A DNA stretch of 64,000 bases, taken from the NCBI GenBank assembly GCA_950097015.1, contig CATNEN010000010.1:2666001-2730000 (forward strand), in the 5' to 3' direction. The notes beneath the pieces are model-generated. The model was not told the origin of the DNA. It made no database searches and saw only the letters and a program-made list of their open reading frames with translations. Position numbers and translations under genes: made by a program. Source of the DNA: Macrostomum hystrix (Eukaryota; Animalia; Platyhelminthes). Of the stretch, positions 42,601 through 55,747 are shown one piece after another; positions within the stretch are counted from its first letter, which is position 1, and each line of letters opens with the position of its first letter.

Positions 42601-45600
42601 CTCAGATTGGTATAATAGGGGGGAGAGTGATTGTGAGGGCCGGGAGGCAGTGTTGAGTCCGGGGCTGGGACTGGAACTGTTTGATTGACGTCTGCAATGG
42701 GCCTGCCACTTTTCTCTGTCTCTGGCTGAGCGCACTCGCATTTAGCCTTGGTGGAAGCAGAGGGGGGGCAGTCCAGGTGTCTAAATGCCTTCAGACGCTG
42801 AAGTGCATTGCTGAGCTGGCTTGTCGCAGATGATTTGCACTTTTGTGTAGCATCCCGCTGGAGCTAGCAGTGGGTGCGTGAGAGTTCATACTATTTGGGG
42901 TGAAATTCTTCTCTTTCTATCTAGTTTTTAGGAAGTATGAGGGGGATATGGAACAGGGAGGGGGTGGGGGATTTTGCATTATCTATCTGTTATAACACCT
43001 GGGTCCAGAGCCTCATCAACACTGGCCACATCCAGAATCCATGAATAAGTATCCGGGATCTCCTAGCGTGCCAGATCTTACAGGCTCTCTTCCTGTTGTC
43101 TAGGAAAGCAGGAATTTAGGGATTATGGAAGTTCACTGCAAGCACTGCTAGCAGACAGTGTGCTTCTGAGCTGCTGTAGTTGCACTGTCTGCCCCAGCTA
43201 TTTGTTTGTTGTTTGACTTTCATTCTCTTTTGTGACGCTTTCTTTCCTTGTCGCCATCGTTCCCTTGAAATCATTCTTCCTAATGACCACCAAACCTGCT
43301 GGGTCTATCCTCTGGCCCTTCCACCTCTTCATCTGGCCCTTCCACCCCTTCATCTGGCGCTTCCACCCCTTCATCTGGCGCTTCCACCCCTTCATCTAGC
43401 ACTTCCACCCCTTCACCTGGCGCTTCCACCCCTTCATATGGCGCTTCCACCCCTTCATATGGCGCTTCCACCCCTTCATATGGCGCTTCCACCCCTTCAT
43501 CTAGCACTTCCACCCCTTCACCTGGCGCTTCCACCCCTTCATATGGCGCTTCCACCCCTTCATATGGCGCTTCCACCCCTTCATCTAGCACTTCCACCCC
43601 ATCCTCGGGCGCTTCCGCCGACTTCATTAGGCACCCGTAAAGTGTTTCACGCCAAAACGCCTCGCTATTGATTCAGATCGCCAACTTCGGCTGCCGACGA
43701 CAGTTCGTCCACCGATACGGCTCCGCCGGCCCTGCCGCCTCGTCGAAAATCATTCGGTCCACTATCGGCCTCCTACCCTGCCCTGCAGCCTCAGCAAAAG
43801 CAGCAGCAGCAGACCCCATCTCGCAGTCGCCCAGCGGAGCCCCTTGCGTCCCTGTCTGCAGCGGCGAACGGCCTGGCCGAGGCTGGCACCACAATACCTC
43901 GGGAAAAATATGCTCAGCAGATAAGGAAGGCTCAGATGTCCCTGTCGAGGTCAGTCAGCGGAGCCAAGGCACCGTCGGCTGCGGCTGCGGCGATGTCAAC
44001 ACCAACGCCCCCGGCTGTGCCGCCTCGACGAGGAGTTCGTGACTCGGCCAGGTGAGGTCTTTCGCGCTAGTTTTCAATGGACTTTTAGACACACCGGACA
44101 TACCGCATTTCCAATATCTGTCTACAGCTAGACAGCCTTTCTATTTTTCGGCACTCAGAATTCACTGGTGTTGCCTAGCAACGCATCAACAACAGAATGA
44201 AACACATCTGATGGCACTCAAACTATTGTTTGATTCAGCTATCTCCCTACGGCATCTGGTAGCTGTTTGCTCCCCCACTTACAATGCCTCCAAGCATTCC
44301 GGCTGCTCAGCATTCGCTTCAGTGGGATTCTCAAGTGGGCGTCACTCAATTCTCACTCTTCCCTATATATCTAGTCTTCTGTAATTCTACTTTGTGATTC
44401 AGCGCCATCTCTCAGAATAGTTGATTAACTTTCATGGGGGCCTGGAGGCGGCTTTAAATGGACAAGATTTTGTGCTTTTGTTTAACTGAGTTTTAGAAAT
44501 AAAGAAGATACAGAACCGATTCTGTATATAATATGTAAGTCATATTCTCTGATCAACGAGCTCAGAGAGGTGGCGTGAGTTGCGGCGCGGTTAACGCGTT
44601 TGCCACTCGCTCAAAGGTCCCTGAGTTCGGATCCGCGTCGAAGCCACGTTCATTTGAGAAGAGGCAGCGAAAATGTACACTGCCTGATGATGAGAAAGTC
44701 AGGGCAGATGTACAGTATCAGTGAGCATGTGTGCTCAGGAGTCAGCGGAATGGCCAGAATTGCCTCTCGCTGGCTGCAGGTCTTCTGTCACCAAATGATG
44801 TGTCAGGGCCCACAGCCCTCCTGCAAATATTCTCTAATCAGTGAGCTCAAGACACGGCGCTGGTCCATGTTTCTTGGCGCCTTTCTATTTTTTGTTGCTC
44901 TATTTTTAGCAGCTCGAAACACTATTCACACCGTTTGATTGACGTCTAAGATGAGGCAGATGAGCTTTGTGGGGGGTCGGGGCAATAGCGAGGACGGCAA
45001 TTAGAAAGTCCAGGGCTATTGGGAGCTGCACTAATTAGAGACCAATGTGACTTCCTGCTTTATAGCACACCATCTACAATAGATCTGTGTGTGTCTGTAC
45101 GGTGTGTCTGTTCGTGGTGTCTTTTCGTGGTGTCTGTTATGGGTGTCTGTTCTGGGTGTCTGTCTAGTTTTTTGTCTCGGCAATTTATTTTACTTTTTAA
45201 ACTTTTCTGGCATTGCAGCAACAGTTGATTGATTTCTCAGCTCCGATTGCTCACATGCTTACTAATAGTAGTCATTGTTGAGAAAGGAATGCAGCGTGAC
45301 TGCACCCAGGCGTGCCTCATTGCGGTCTTGAGGCCTAATTAGAAATTTCCGCAATAAGGCCGCCTTGGATGTGTTTCTTTACTCGGAGCTAACCGGGTAG
45401 AGACTCCGCCTGCCCGCCTGCCCGCCTGCCCGCCTGCCCGCCTGCCCGTCACTTGTGCTGTCTAGCTGTAAACTAGGCTGGGCGGGCTCTCTCTCGTTGG
45501 GCCTTTTTGGCTATTTTAGTTTGTCTCGGGTGAAGCCTGGCCGTGATTCATTTCTCTATTTTGCTGGCCTCGGTGATAGAGAAGCGGAAAGGCCCTGCTA

Positions 45601-46648
45601 ATTGAGCGGCGATAAGCGGTGTCCAGGCATTCCTCTCGTGCCTTGTGAAGGAATTCCACTGGCATTGTTTTTTTTCGAGTCATGCAGAGTTGGAGAACAC
45701 GCGGCCAGCTCACCAACTGTCCCTTGAACTAGCAACAGTCCCCAGAGTTCTGCTGTCGCTGTGAGAATCGATCTCTCTGGTTTCAAATTGATTCCAGTAT
45801 TTATTAATAGCGGAAGGGGCTTCTGGGCAAGTTTTCATACAAGTATATTGTACGGCTATGGTCCTGTCTGGCCAGATAGAATAACTCTCCCCCGGGTTCG
45901 GCTTTGGCCTGCTTTTTAGAATTGCCGCATTTCAGTCCGCTCTTTCCCTCTGCACAAGTTTTATTATTTATTATTTAGCTGGTCAGTTTCTACTCGCTGG
46001 ACAATTTCCTGACCTGCTCGACCTGCAATTTCCTGACCCCCTGCCCTGTTCCATTGCTATTAGAAGAGTCCCGAATGGCCGCCCACCCCCGACCCGCCCG
46101 CCCAACCTCATTTCTGGACAGTGCTGCACCTAGTTCTGGCCCGCTCTATCGCTATTTCTCTTTCCACTGAGTTTGCCCTGCCCTCTCTCGCTCTCAACTC
46201 TCTCTGCCTTCTTCAATTCTATCGCTTTCTCTCTGCTCAGCAAATACGCCGGCTTGAGTTATAGCCAGTTAGTTTAATTTTTAATAAAGTAGTTTTTAAA
46301 GCAGGATTTCATTTGCTCCTTAACTCAGATTTAGTCGCGAGGCTTCAGCCGCTAACCCCGGTGCCTATTACGGCATTCAGCAGCAGCAGCAGCAGCATCA
46401 ACGGCACACTCTGTCGTCTCCGCCGCCCAGAACACCTGGCAGCAGCAGCGCTTTCAACACCAGTGCCAGCGCCGGCGGAGGCAGCGGAATCAACAGCAGA
46501 CTGGTGTCGTCTCCGTCGCTCCAGCTGCCACTGTTTGCCATGCAGCAGTCCGGCGGCTCAAACTCCAATAATTCGGCCGTCAACGCTGAGGTGATTCACG
46601 AGCGCCAGATTCCCAATGTGCGAGACTTTGTCACCACCTATGAGCGCA

Positions 46649-46690
<42 letters not shown>

Positions 46691-48024
46691 GTGGTGGTGG
46701 TCTTAAAAGCGGGCGCGCAGCACCGGGGCCCGAGACACCGCGAGGCCACGTGTCAGATTTGTCACGCCGGTTCGAGCGCTCGGTCGGCGTCAACAACGGC
46801 GGCAGTCCGTCTTCTTTCCACGAGCTGCGGAACGCGTTTGACCAGGAACTGCGCTCGGCCTCTCGAACTGCTACCAACAATGCGACAGCGGCCACCGTCT
46901 CCTCGCCTTCCCCGGTTCCTTCAACCTCGCCTTTGCCAGAATCTTCGACGTCGCCATCGTCAGCACAGTCGCCCGCGCCTGCTGCAGCACCCGGCCAGCT
47001 CCCAGACGGAACGCCAACGCCCCCGCCTCCCGATGTGTCCACCCTGCCGCCGCAGCTTCCAGCAACGCCGCAGCAGCGGCAGCCGCAGCCGAAGCTGTCT
47101 ACAACTTCGCCAAAAACTTCGGCGAGGTCGAAAACTCACCAGCAGCAGAATGGCAATGACAGTGGAGCCGTTCCTGGCATAGCCAACACCGCCCCTCTGG
47201 CAACGCTCGACTCCTCCGAGGACGACACAGAGGCCGACAAAAACGCGTCAGTTGCTGCCGTTGCAGCTTCACCGAAAACCCCGACGCCGACTTCCTCGCC
47301 TGTCGCTTCACCAACGTCGTCACCGACGCTGGGCTTGGCCTCGCCCTACTGGCAGCAGCCGATGCTTATCACCCTGGAACGGAAGCGGCGGGCAGCCGCC
47401 GAAGCTGCCGCGGCCGCAGTTGTCGACGCTGCCAGCTCAAAGGCCGATGATGCCGATATGGACAACGAAGAACTGGCCCGTCGCCGAGAGCGCCTGTCCG
47501 AATCAATCGCTGAGAAGCTCGGCCAGCTTCACCGCAGCCGCTCCGAATTGCGAGACGAACTCGCCGCTGTGGACGCCGAGCTGCGGGGCCGTTGGCGCGG
47601 CCTCCTGGCAGAGCGGGGCTGCGACGCCGCCGAGCTGGAAGCCTTCGATCGCTACGTGGCCCGCGTCGGCCCAATGGTGCGGCTCCGCTGCCAGCTGGAC
47701 AGGCGGCGGCTGCGCATCGAGCACGCGCTGGACTCGGCGCCGACCAACCCGGAGGACCCGGAGCGGCGGGAGCTTGACAAGCGACGAGCGGAGCTGGACG
47801 CCAAGTTGGCCGAGGCCGACCGTCTTGGCGAGTCGGCGCTGCGCAATCAACTGGCCCTGCTGGCCGCGCTGGAGCGGACCCTGGAGGGTCGGGAGCTGCG
47901 TGAGTGCCGCTCAGCGCTGGAGCTTCGGCTCAGCCTGGCCGGCGAGGAGGAGGCGATGCGGGACCGGCTGGAGTGCGCCGAGGAGCAGCTGGAGGCGCTG
48001 CAGCATGCGGGAGCGGCCGGGTAG
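36058..48024 (+). CDS. Shroom-like protein (N-terminal PDZ, ASD1-like patch, C-terminal ASD2); exons 36058-36210, 37151-37299, 37876-38121, 39959-40807, 43677-44051, 46329-48024 (~1155 aa)
   Basis: PDZ is split over exons 1-2 (PLGLVLE..VSVKE|IIRGGMAHLDGKMQVGDILLKVN). REKYAQQIRKAQ is ASD1-like. The C-terminal coiled coil aligns by eye with Shroom ASD2 (LSESIAEKLGQL..ELEAFDRYV..RLRIEHAL..EEQLEAL). All junctions are GT..AG with consistent phases, total 3468 nt; in-frame stop upstream of the GCCATG. Confidence 0.82.
36258..36626. mobile_element. Second, inverted member of the TTAA MITE family, in Shroom intron 1
   Basis: CACTAGGACTACCAAGCCATTTTGCCGCCCGTTTTTATACC is the reverse complement of the 1458-1869 right end; right end GGGGGAATTCCCCCTAGGTAGTTCTAGTG|TTAA; left flank TCAA. 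Confidence 0.75.
37400..37635. repeat. Degenerate CCATCTATCTGCTC(C) minisatellite
   Basis: Repeated ccatctatctgctc motifs. Confidence 0.8.
38205..38815. repeat. Compound minisatellite (25-bp cagggcctctcccctgagtgtcctt grading into ~22-bp gagggtctctccatatgtcctt)
   Basis: Visible tandem units. Confidence 0.9.
39596..39633. repeat. (CA)n microsatellite
   Basis: Visible dinucleotide run. Confidence 0.9.
41352..41932. repeat. 33-bp minisatellite (~17 copies)
   Basis: Unit tgggtaatgaccaac(c/t)gaatgagagggagtgaa. Confidence 0.95.
43318..43602. repeat. 21-bp minisatellite (~13 copies)
   Basis: Unit ttccaccccttcat(c/a)tggcgc. Confidence 0.95.
44566..44790 (+). mobile_element. tRNA-derived SINE family A, copy 2 (best-preserved head)
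   Basis: GGTGGCGTGAGTTGCGGCGCGGTTAA...GGTCCCTGAGTTCGGATCC head, followed by the hairpin core shared with 905-1190 and 58505-58705. Confidence 0.75.
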
Positions 48025-48589
48025 CGCCGGCTGTGGCGAAGTCTGCTATGTAAAAGGGCACTTTTAGGGACACTGTTGTTCCAGAGCAATCTGTTCGTGG
48101 AGCCCAGCCTTCCTGTTAGTCTATTTAATTTTTTTGCATTAGCTGCGCCTTTGCCAACGTGTTGTTATCGGCTTTATGGTTTAGCCTTACTAACCAGTAC
48201 ATTCGTATGCAGTTGCCTGTTTCCGTGTCTATAATTCAGTGTCGTCTTTCACGAGCATTTCTCTACATTTTCTTCTCTGGATTCCATCTGTCTCTCGCTC
48301 ATCTCTCTGTCCATTTGGCACCTGTCCCAACACGACTCAAGTGCAAACTCAAGTGTGCATCCTACCCCGATACTGGTTTCATGTTTATGTGATTTATTTC
48401 TCAAGCACTATAAACCTGCATACTCTGTAGTTGCTAGTGATTGTAAGCGTAATGAGACCGCTATTTACCACTTGTGTCTTATAGTGAGCTTCAAGTGAGA
48501 AATACATTATCTCGCTTAACAGCAAACTTTAATATACACGCTTTCATTGTGGCTTCATTGTCAGGAGTCGCTACCTGATTCGGTGTCTA

Positions 48590-50222
48590 AATTGGTTGGG
48601 AGGTCATGACCCAATCCCTTTCCTGCTTAAATTGGTTGGGAGGTAATGACCCAATCCCTTTCCTGTCTAAATTGGCTGGGAGGTCATGACGCAATCCCTT
48701 TCCTGCCTAAATTGGTTGGGAGGTAATGACCCAATCCCTTTCCTGTCTAAATTGGCTGGGAGGTCATGACGCAATCCCTTTCCTGTCTAAATTGGCTGGG
48801 AGGTCATGACCCAATCCCTTTCCTGTCTAAATTGGCTGGGAGGTCATGACGCAATCCCTTTCCTGTCTAAATTGGCTGGGAGGTCATGACGCAATCCCTT
48901 TCCTGTCTAAATTGGCTGGGAGGTCATGACCCAATCCATTTCCTGTCTAAATTGGTTGGCAGGTCATGACCCAATCCCTTTCCTGTCTAAATTGGTTGGG
49001 AGGTCATGACCCAATCCCTTTCCTGTCTAAATTGGCTGGGAGGTCATGACGCAATCCCTTTCCTGTCTAAATTGGCTGGGAGGTCATGACGCCATCCCTT
49101 TCCTGTCTAAATTGGCTGGGAGGTCATGACCCAATCCATTTCCTGTCTAAATTGGTTGGCAGGTCATGACCCAATCCCTTTCCTGTCTAAATTGGTTGGG
49201 AGGTCATGACCCAATCCCTTTCCTGTCTAAATTGGCTGGGAGGTCATGACGCCATCCCTTTCCTGTCTAAATTGGCTGGGAGGTCATGACCCAATCCATT
49301 TCCTGTCTAAATTGGTTGGCAGGTCATGACCCAATCCCTTTCCTGTCTAAATTGGTTGGGAGGTCATGACCCAATCCCTTTCCTGTCTAAATTGGCTGGG
49401 AGGTCATGACGCCATCCCTTTCCTGTCTAAATTGGCTGGGAGGTCATGACGCCATCCCTTTCCTGTCTAAATTGGCTGGGAGGTCATGACCCAATCCATT
49501 TCCTGTCTAAATTGGTTGGCAGGTCATGACCCAATCCCTTTCCTGTCTAAATTGGTTGGGAGGTCATGACCCAATCCCTTTCCTGTCTAAATTGGCTGGG
49601 AGGTCATGACCCAATCCCTTTCCTGTCTAAATTGGCTGGGAGGTCATGACCCAATCCCTTTCCTGTCTAAATTGGCTGGGAGGTCATGACCCAATCCCTT
49701 TCCTGTCTAAATTGGCTGGGAGGTCATGACCCAATCCCTTTCCTGTCTAAATTGGCTGGGAGGTCATGACCCAATCCCTTTCCTGTCTAAATTGGTTGGC
49801 AGGTCATGACCCAATCCCTTTCCTGTCTAAATTGGTTGGCAGGTCATGACCCAATCCCTTTCCTGTCTAAATTGGCTGGGAGGTCATGACCCAATCCCTT
49901 TCCTGTCTAAATTGGTTGGCAGGTCATGACCCAATCCCTTTCCTGTCTAAGTTGGTTGGCAGGTCATGACCCAATCCCTTTCCTGTCTAAATTGGTTGGC
50001 AGGTCATGACCCAATCCCTTTTCTGTCTAAATTGGCTGGGAGGTCATGACCCAATCCCTTTCCTGTCTAAATTGGTTGGCAGGTCATGACCCAATCCCTT
50101 TCCTGTCTAAATTGGTTGGCAGGTCATGACCCAATCCCTTTCCTGTCTAAATTGGCTGGGAGGTCATGACCCAATCCCTTTCCTGTCTAAATTGGTTGGC
50201 AGGTCATGACCCAATCCCTTTC
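48590..50222. repeat. 40-bp minisatellite (~41 copies)
   Basis: Unit tgtctaaattgg(c/t)tgg(g/c)aggtcatgac(c/g)caatccctttcc. Confidence 0.97.
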
Positions 50223-51789
50223 GCTGTGAATCGGTTCTGTTCAATGGGTAGCATGTTGTATCGGCTTTACTGCTAGGCGCTGAGCCCCTTGTTGCCTACT
50301 TGAACCAGCTATTTCTGAAGACTTCCTGCCTGCTGTCAGTTGCCGAGTAGATACTTTTCTATGTTGTTATTTTTAAAGCTCTTTTAAGTTCTTTCCATTT
50401 CTTTCACTTTTGACTGCGCATCCTTATTCGTGTAGACTACTCCGTCGTTGCCTGAAATTCTGTAACTTATCTGCACTCTGTTGTCTTGTGTTTGTCTTCT
50501 TTTTCAGATCATCAAGAAAACCCAGCCTGTAAACTATAGGCTGAATGCTAGCCTGTAGATATCAATTTAACTAGCTTGCTGGGTTGTATTAGGCAGGTTT
50601 GTTAATTAACTCTCACGTATTACTAGCAGTAGTAACACTGGACTGCATGCTTTCCGGCTCTTTTAAATGCTTAATTAGTTTCTTCGTGTGTCGCAAATCC
50701 TGTTGCTTAATTTAGATCTGAGGAGTATTATACTAAACCTACTACTGCAACAGCTTATAGTAGTCAGCATCGTCTATGCAGTTGTCAATCCTTAACGTTG
50801 CTGTCTTCAAGCCAAGCACTTTCTTTCTTCTACAGGCCTCTGAACATAAAATCCTCATTGCACTGCCTCGATTTCACTTAGCCATATTCCCGGGATCATT
50901 TGTGCTAAAACTAAAACTTTTTCTATACATATCGGCTCGTTTTTATCTATACCGTTGAAGGTTTTTATCTGGAGCTATTTACAAGCAGTGTGTTCTGCAA
51001 GTAATTCCAGTGTTTTATTTGAAAAGCAAAGCAACAAAAAGCAAAGAATTCCGTGCTTAATTATTTTCCAAGCACCTGCTTCACATCCAGCTGTGTACAT
51101 TACCCGTTCCCAAGCAACTAGCGTTGCGTATTCCGCGTCTCACCTATTATTTGTTTATCTATTTTATTTCAGCCACAGCCTCTTTCCTTTCAATTGCCGT
51201 ACGATACGATGAAAATACTTTTCTACAAGTTACGAGTTTTCGATTCGTTAATATGTTGTGCTTATACGAGGTATTTTGTCATATTTAAAAGTCGCTTTTG
51301 CTTTATATTGTGTTGTTTTTTATCGTTAAGGAAAATTGAAAGTTTCCTTTTGGCGGTATTTTTTCTAAACCAACACCCACACCCACACACACACACATAA
51401 GCACCTTATGCACATTTAATCATAAACTGCTTGTATTAATTTATGTGAAATGTATATGAATTAAATACTGACTGGTTTAGCGAATCAATGCCTGCCCGAG
51501 CTCTGTGCTGCCAGCTAAACAAACTAAGCACAAAAACTATCGCGAACTCACTTGTTCAATTGTTGCTGCTCTACACCGCCGACTTCAAGTACTTTCGGTG
51601 CAATTATATGTACGACAGACAGACAGACAGTAACATGCTATTGGTCAAAATTACTGTCACGTGACAGCGCCCTGATCCAAGTACATGTGTCGTAATGACC
51701 TTACCCTACCAGGACGTACCCCGTCCACATCCATTTCGAAAGTCGCATCAGAAACAAATAAAGCCGTCACGTATCTATGCTAAAACCAT

Positions 51790-54700
51790 GATCAGAGTAT
51801 TGATGGCCGATGCTGAAGGATCAGGGATTGATGGCCGATGCTGAAGGATCAGGAGATTGATGGCCGATGCTGAAGGATCAGGAATTGATGGCCGATGCTG
51901 AAGGATCAAGGAATCATGGGATTGATGGCCGATGCTGAAGGATCAAGGCTCAGGGGATTGATGGCCGATGCTGAAGGATCAGGGATTGATGGCCGATGCT
52001 GAAGGATCAGGAGATTGATGGCCGATGCTGAAGGATCAGGAATTGATGGCCGATGCTGAAGGATCAAGGAATCATGGGATTGATGGCCGATGCTGAAGGA
52101 TCAAGGCTCAGGGGATTGATGGCCGATGCTGAAGGATCAGGGGATTGATGGCCGATGCTGATGCTGAAGGATCAGGGGATTGATGGCCGATGCTGAAGGA
52201 TCAAGGGCTCAGGGGATTGATGGCCGATGCTGAAGGATCAGGGGATTGATGGCCGATGCTGATGCTGAAGGATCAGGGGATCAGGGGATTGAAGGCCGAT
52301 GCTGAAGGATCAGGTCATTGATGGCCGATGCTGAAGGATCAGGGGATTGATGGCCGGCACTGAAGGATCAGGAGATTGAGGGCCGACACTGAAGGATCAG
52401 GGGATTGATGGCCGATGCTGAAGGATCAAGGGCTCAGGGGATTGATGGCCGATGCTGAAGGATCAGGGGATTGATGACCGACACTGAAGGATCAGGGGAT
52501 TGATGGCCGATGCTGAAGGATCAGTAGATTGATGGCCGATGCTGAAGGATCAGGAGATTGAGGGCCGACACTGAAGGATCAGGGGATTGATGACCGACAC
52601 TGAAGGATCAGGGGATTGATGGCCGATGCTGAAGAATCAAGGGATCAGGGTATTGATGGCCGATGCTGAAGGATCAAGGGCTCAGGGGATTGATGGCCGA
52701 TGCTGAAGGATCAGGGGATTGATGACCGACACTGAAGGATCAGGGGATTGATGGCCGATGCTGAAGGATCAGGGGATTGATGGCCGATGCTGAAGGATCA
52801 AGGGCTCAGGGGATTGATGGCCGATGCTGAAGGATCAGGGGATTGATGACCGACACTGAAGGATCAGGGGATTGATGGCCGATGCTGAAGGATCAGGGGA
52901 TTGATGGCCAATGCTGATGCTGAAGGATCAGGGGATTGATGGCCGATGCTGAAGGATCAAGGCTCAGGGGATTGATGGCCGATGCTGAAGGATCAGGGGA
53001 TTGATGGCCGATGCTGATGCTGAAGGATCAGGGGATCAGGGGATTGAAGGCCGATGCTGAAGGATCAGGTCATTGATGGCCGATGCTGAAGGATCAGGGG
53101 ATTGATGGCCGGCACTGAAGGATCAGGAGATTGAGGGCCGACACTGAAGGATCAGGGGATTGATGGCCGATGCTGAAGGATCAAGGGCTCAGGGGATTGA
53201 TGGCCGATGCTGAAGGATCAGGGGATTGATGACCGACACTGAAGGATCAGGGGATTGATGGCCGATGCTGAAGGATCAGTAGATTGATGGCCGATGCTGA
53301 AGGATCAGGAGATTGAGGGCCGACACTGAAGGATCAGGGGATTGATGACCGACACTGAAGGATCAGGGGATTGATGGCCGATGCTGAAGAATCAAGGGAT
53401 CAGGGTATTGATGGCCGATGCTGAAGGATCAAGGGCTCAGGGGATTGATGGCCGATGCTGAAGGATCAGGGGATTGATGACCGACACTGAAGGATCAGGG
53501 GATTGATGGCCGATGCTGAAGGATCAGGAGATTGATGGCCGATGCTGAAGGATCAGGAGATTGATGGCCGATGCTGAAGGATCAGGGGATTGATGACCGA
53601 TGCTGAAGGATCAGGGGATTGATGGCCGATGCTGAAGGATCAAGGGCTCAGGGGATTGATGGCCGATGCTGAAGGATCAGGGGATTGATGACCGACACTG
53701 AAGGATCAGGGGATTGATGGCCGATGCTGAAGGATCAGGGGATTGATGGCCGATGCTGAAGGATCAAGGGCTCAGGGGATTGATGGCCGATGCTGAAGGA
53801 TCAGGGGATTGATGACCGACACTGAAGGATCAGGGGATTGATGGCCGATGCTGAAGGATCAGGGGATTGATGGCCGATGCTGATGCTGAAGGATCAGGGG
53901 ATTGATGGCCGATGCTGAAGGATCAAGGCTCAGGGGATTGATGGCCGATGCTGAAGGATCAGGGGATTGATGGCCGATGCTGATGCTGAAGGATCAGGGG
54001 ATCAGGGGATTGAAGGCCGATGCTGAAGGATCAGGTCATTGATGGCCGATGCTGAAGGATCAGGAGATTGATGGCCGATGCTGAAGGATCAGGAGATTGA
54101 GGGCCGACACTGAAGGATCAGGGGATTGATGGACGATGCTGAAGGATCAAGGGCTCAGGGGATTGATGGCCGATGCTGAAGGATCAGGGGATTGATGGCC
54201 GATGCTGAAGGATCAAGGGATCAGTAGATTGATGGCCGATGCTGAAGGATCAGTAGATTGATGGCCGATGCTGAATGATCAGTAGATTGATGGCCGATTC
54301 TGAATGATCAGTAGATTGATGGCCGATTCTGAAGGATCAGGGGATTGATGGCCGATTCTGAAGGATCAGGGGATTGATGGCCGATGCTGAAGGATCAAGG
54401 GATCAGTCGATTGATGGCCGATGCTGAAGGATCAGGGGATTGAGGGCCGACACTGAAGGATCAGGGGATTGATGGTCGATGCTGAAGGATCAAGGGCTCA
54501 GGGGATTGATGGCCGATGCTGAAGGATCAGGGGATTGATGGCCGATGCTGAAGGATCAAGGGATCAGTAGATTGATGGCCGATGCTGAAGGATCAGTAGA
54601 TTGATGGCCGATGCTGAATGATCAGTAGATTGATGGCCGATTCTGAATGATCAGTAGATTGATGGCCGATTCTGAAGGATCAGGGGATTGATGGCCGATT

Positions 54701-55088
54701 CTGAAGGATCAGGGGATTGATGGCCGATGCTGAAGGATCAAGGGATCAGTCGATTGATGGCCGATGCTGAAGGATCAAGGGATCAGTAGATTGATTGCCG
54801 ATGCTGAAGGATCAAGGAATCAGTAGATTGATGGCCGATGCTGAAGGATCAAGGGATCAGTAGATTGATGGCCGATGCTGAAGGATCAAGGGATCAGTAG
54901 ATTGATGGCCGATGCTGAAGGATCAGGGGATTGATGGCCGATGCTGAAAGATCAGGGGATTGATAGCCGATGCTGAAGGATCAGGGGATCAGAATTGATG
55001 GCCGATGCTGAAGGATCAGGGGATCAGAATTGATGGCCGATGCTGAAGGATCAGGGGATCAGGGGATTGATGGCCGATGCTGAAGGTT
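51790..55088. repeat. ~29-30-bp satellite array (~3.3 kb) with variant monomers and block duplications
   Basis: Unit gattgatggccgatgctgaaggatcaggg(g) with 7-8-bp insert variants. Confidence 0.97.
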
Positions 55089-55441
55089 CATGGGATGGAC
55101 AATCAATCACTGCTAAAACTGAATATAATAGAATTGCAGCTAGTAAGGTGAAATTTCAAAGAAGGCATCCAAACTGGGAAAATATTTTTGCTGTTAAAAA
55201 AAGCATTTCACTTCGTACTTCGCAGCTTTATTGTAAAATATACATTATTAGTTGCATGCTCGCAGCACAATATATTTAGATAATTTTGTTCATACACCTA
55301 TCCTATCTAAAGCCGCAGTGGATATATTCTTCATGAAGAGTATTGATTCGTGTCGTGTGTTCTGGGCTAATTGCACTGGGCTAATTTCTCGAGTCTTTCT
55401 ATTTATTCAATGTACAGTTTGCTCAACTTTGTTGCTCACGA

Positions 55442-55747
<306 letters not shown>

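Noticed and set aside
44672-44705. Hammerhead ribozyme (CTGATGA...GAAA)
   Set aside because: The core is not conserved in the other two copies (CTGACGA..GACA; CTGACGT), and CTGA pairs in a simple hairpin instead.
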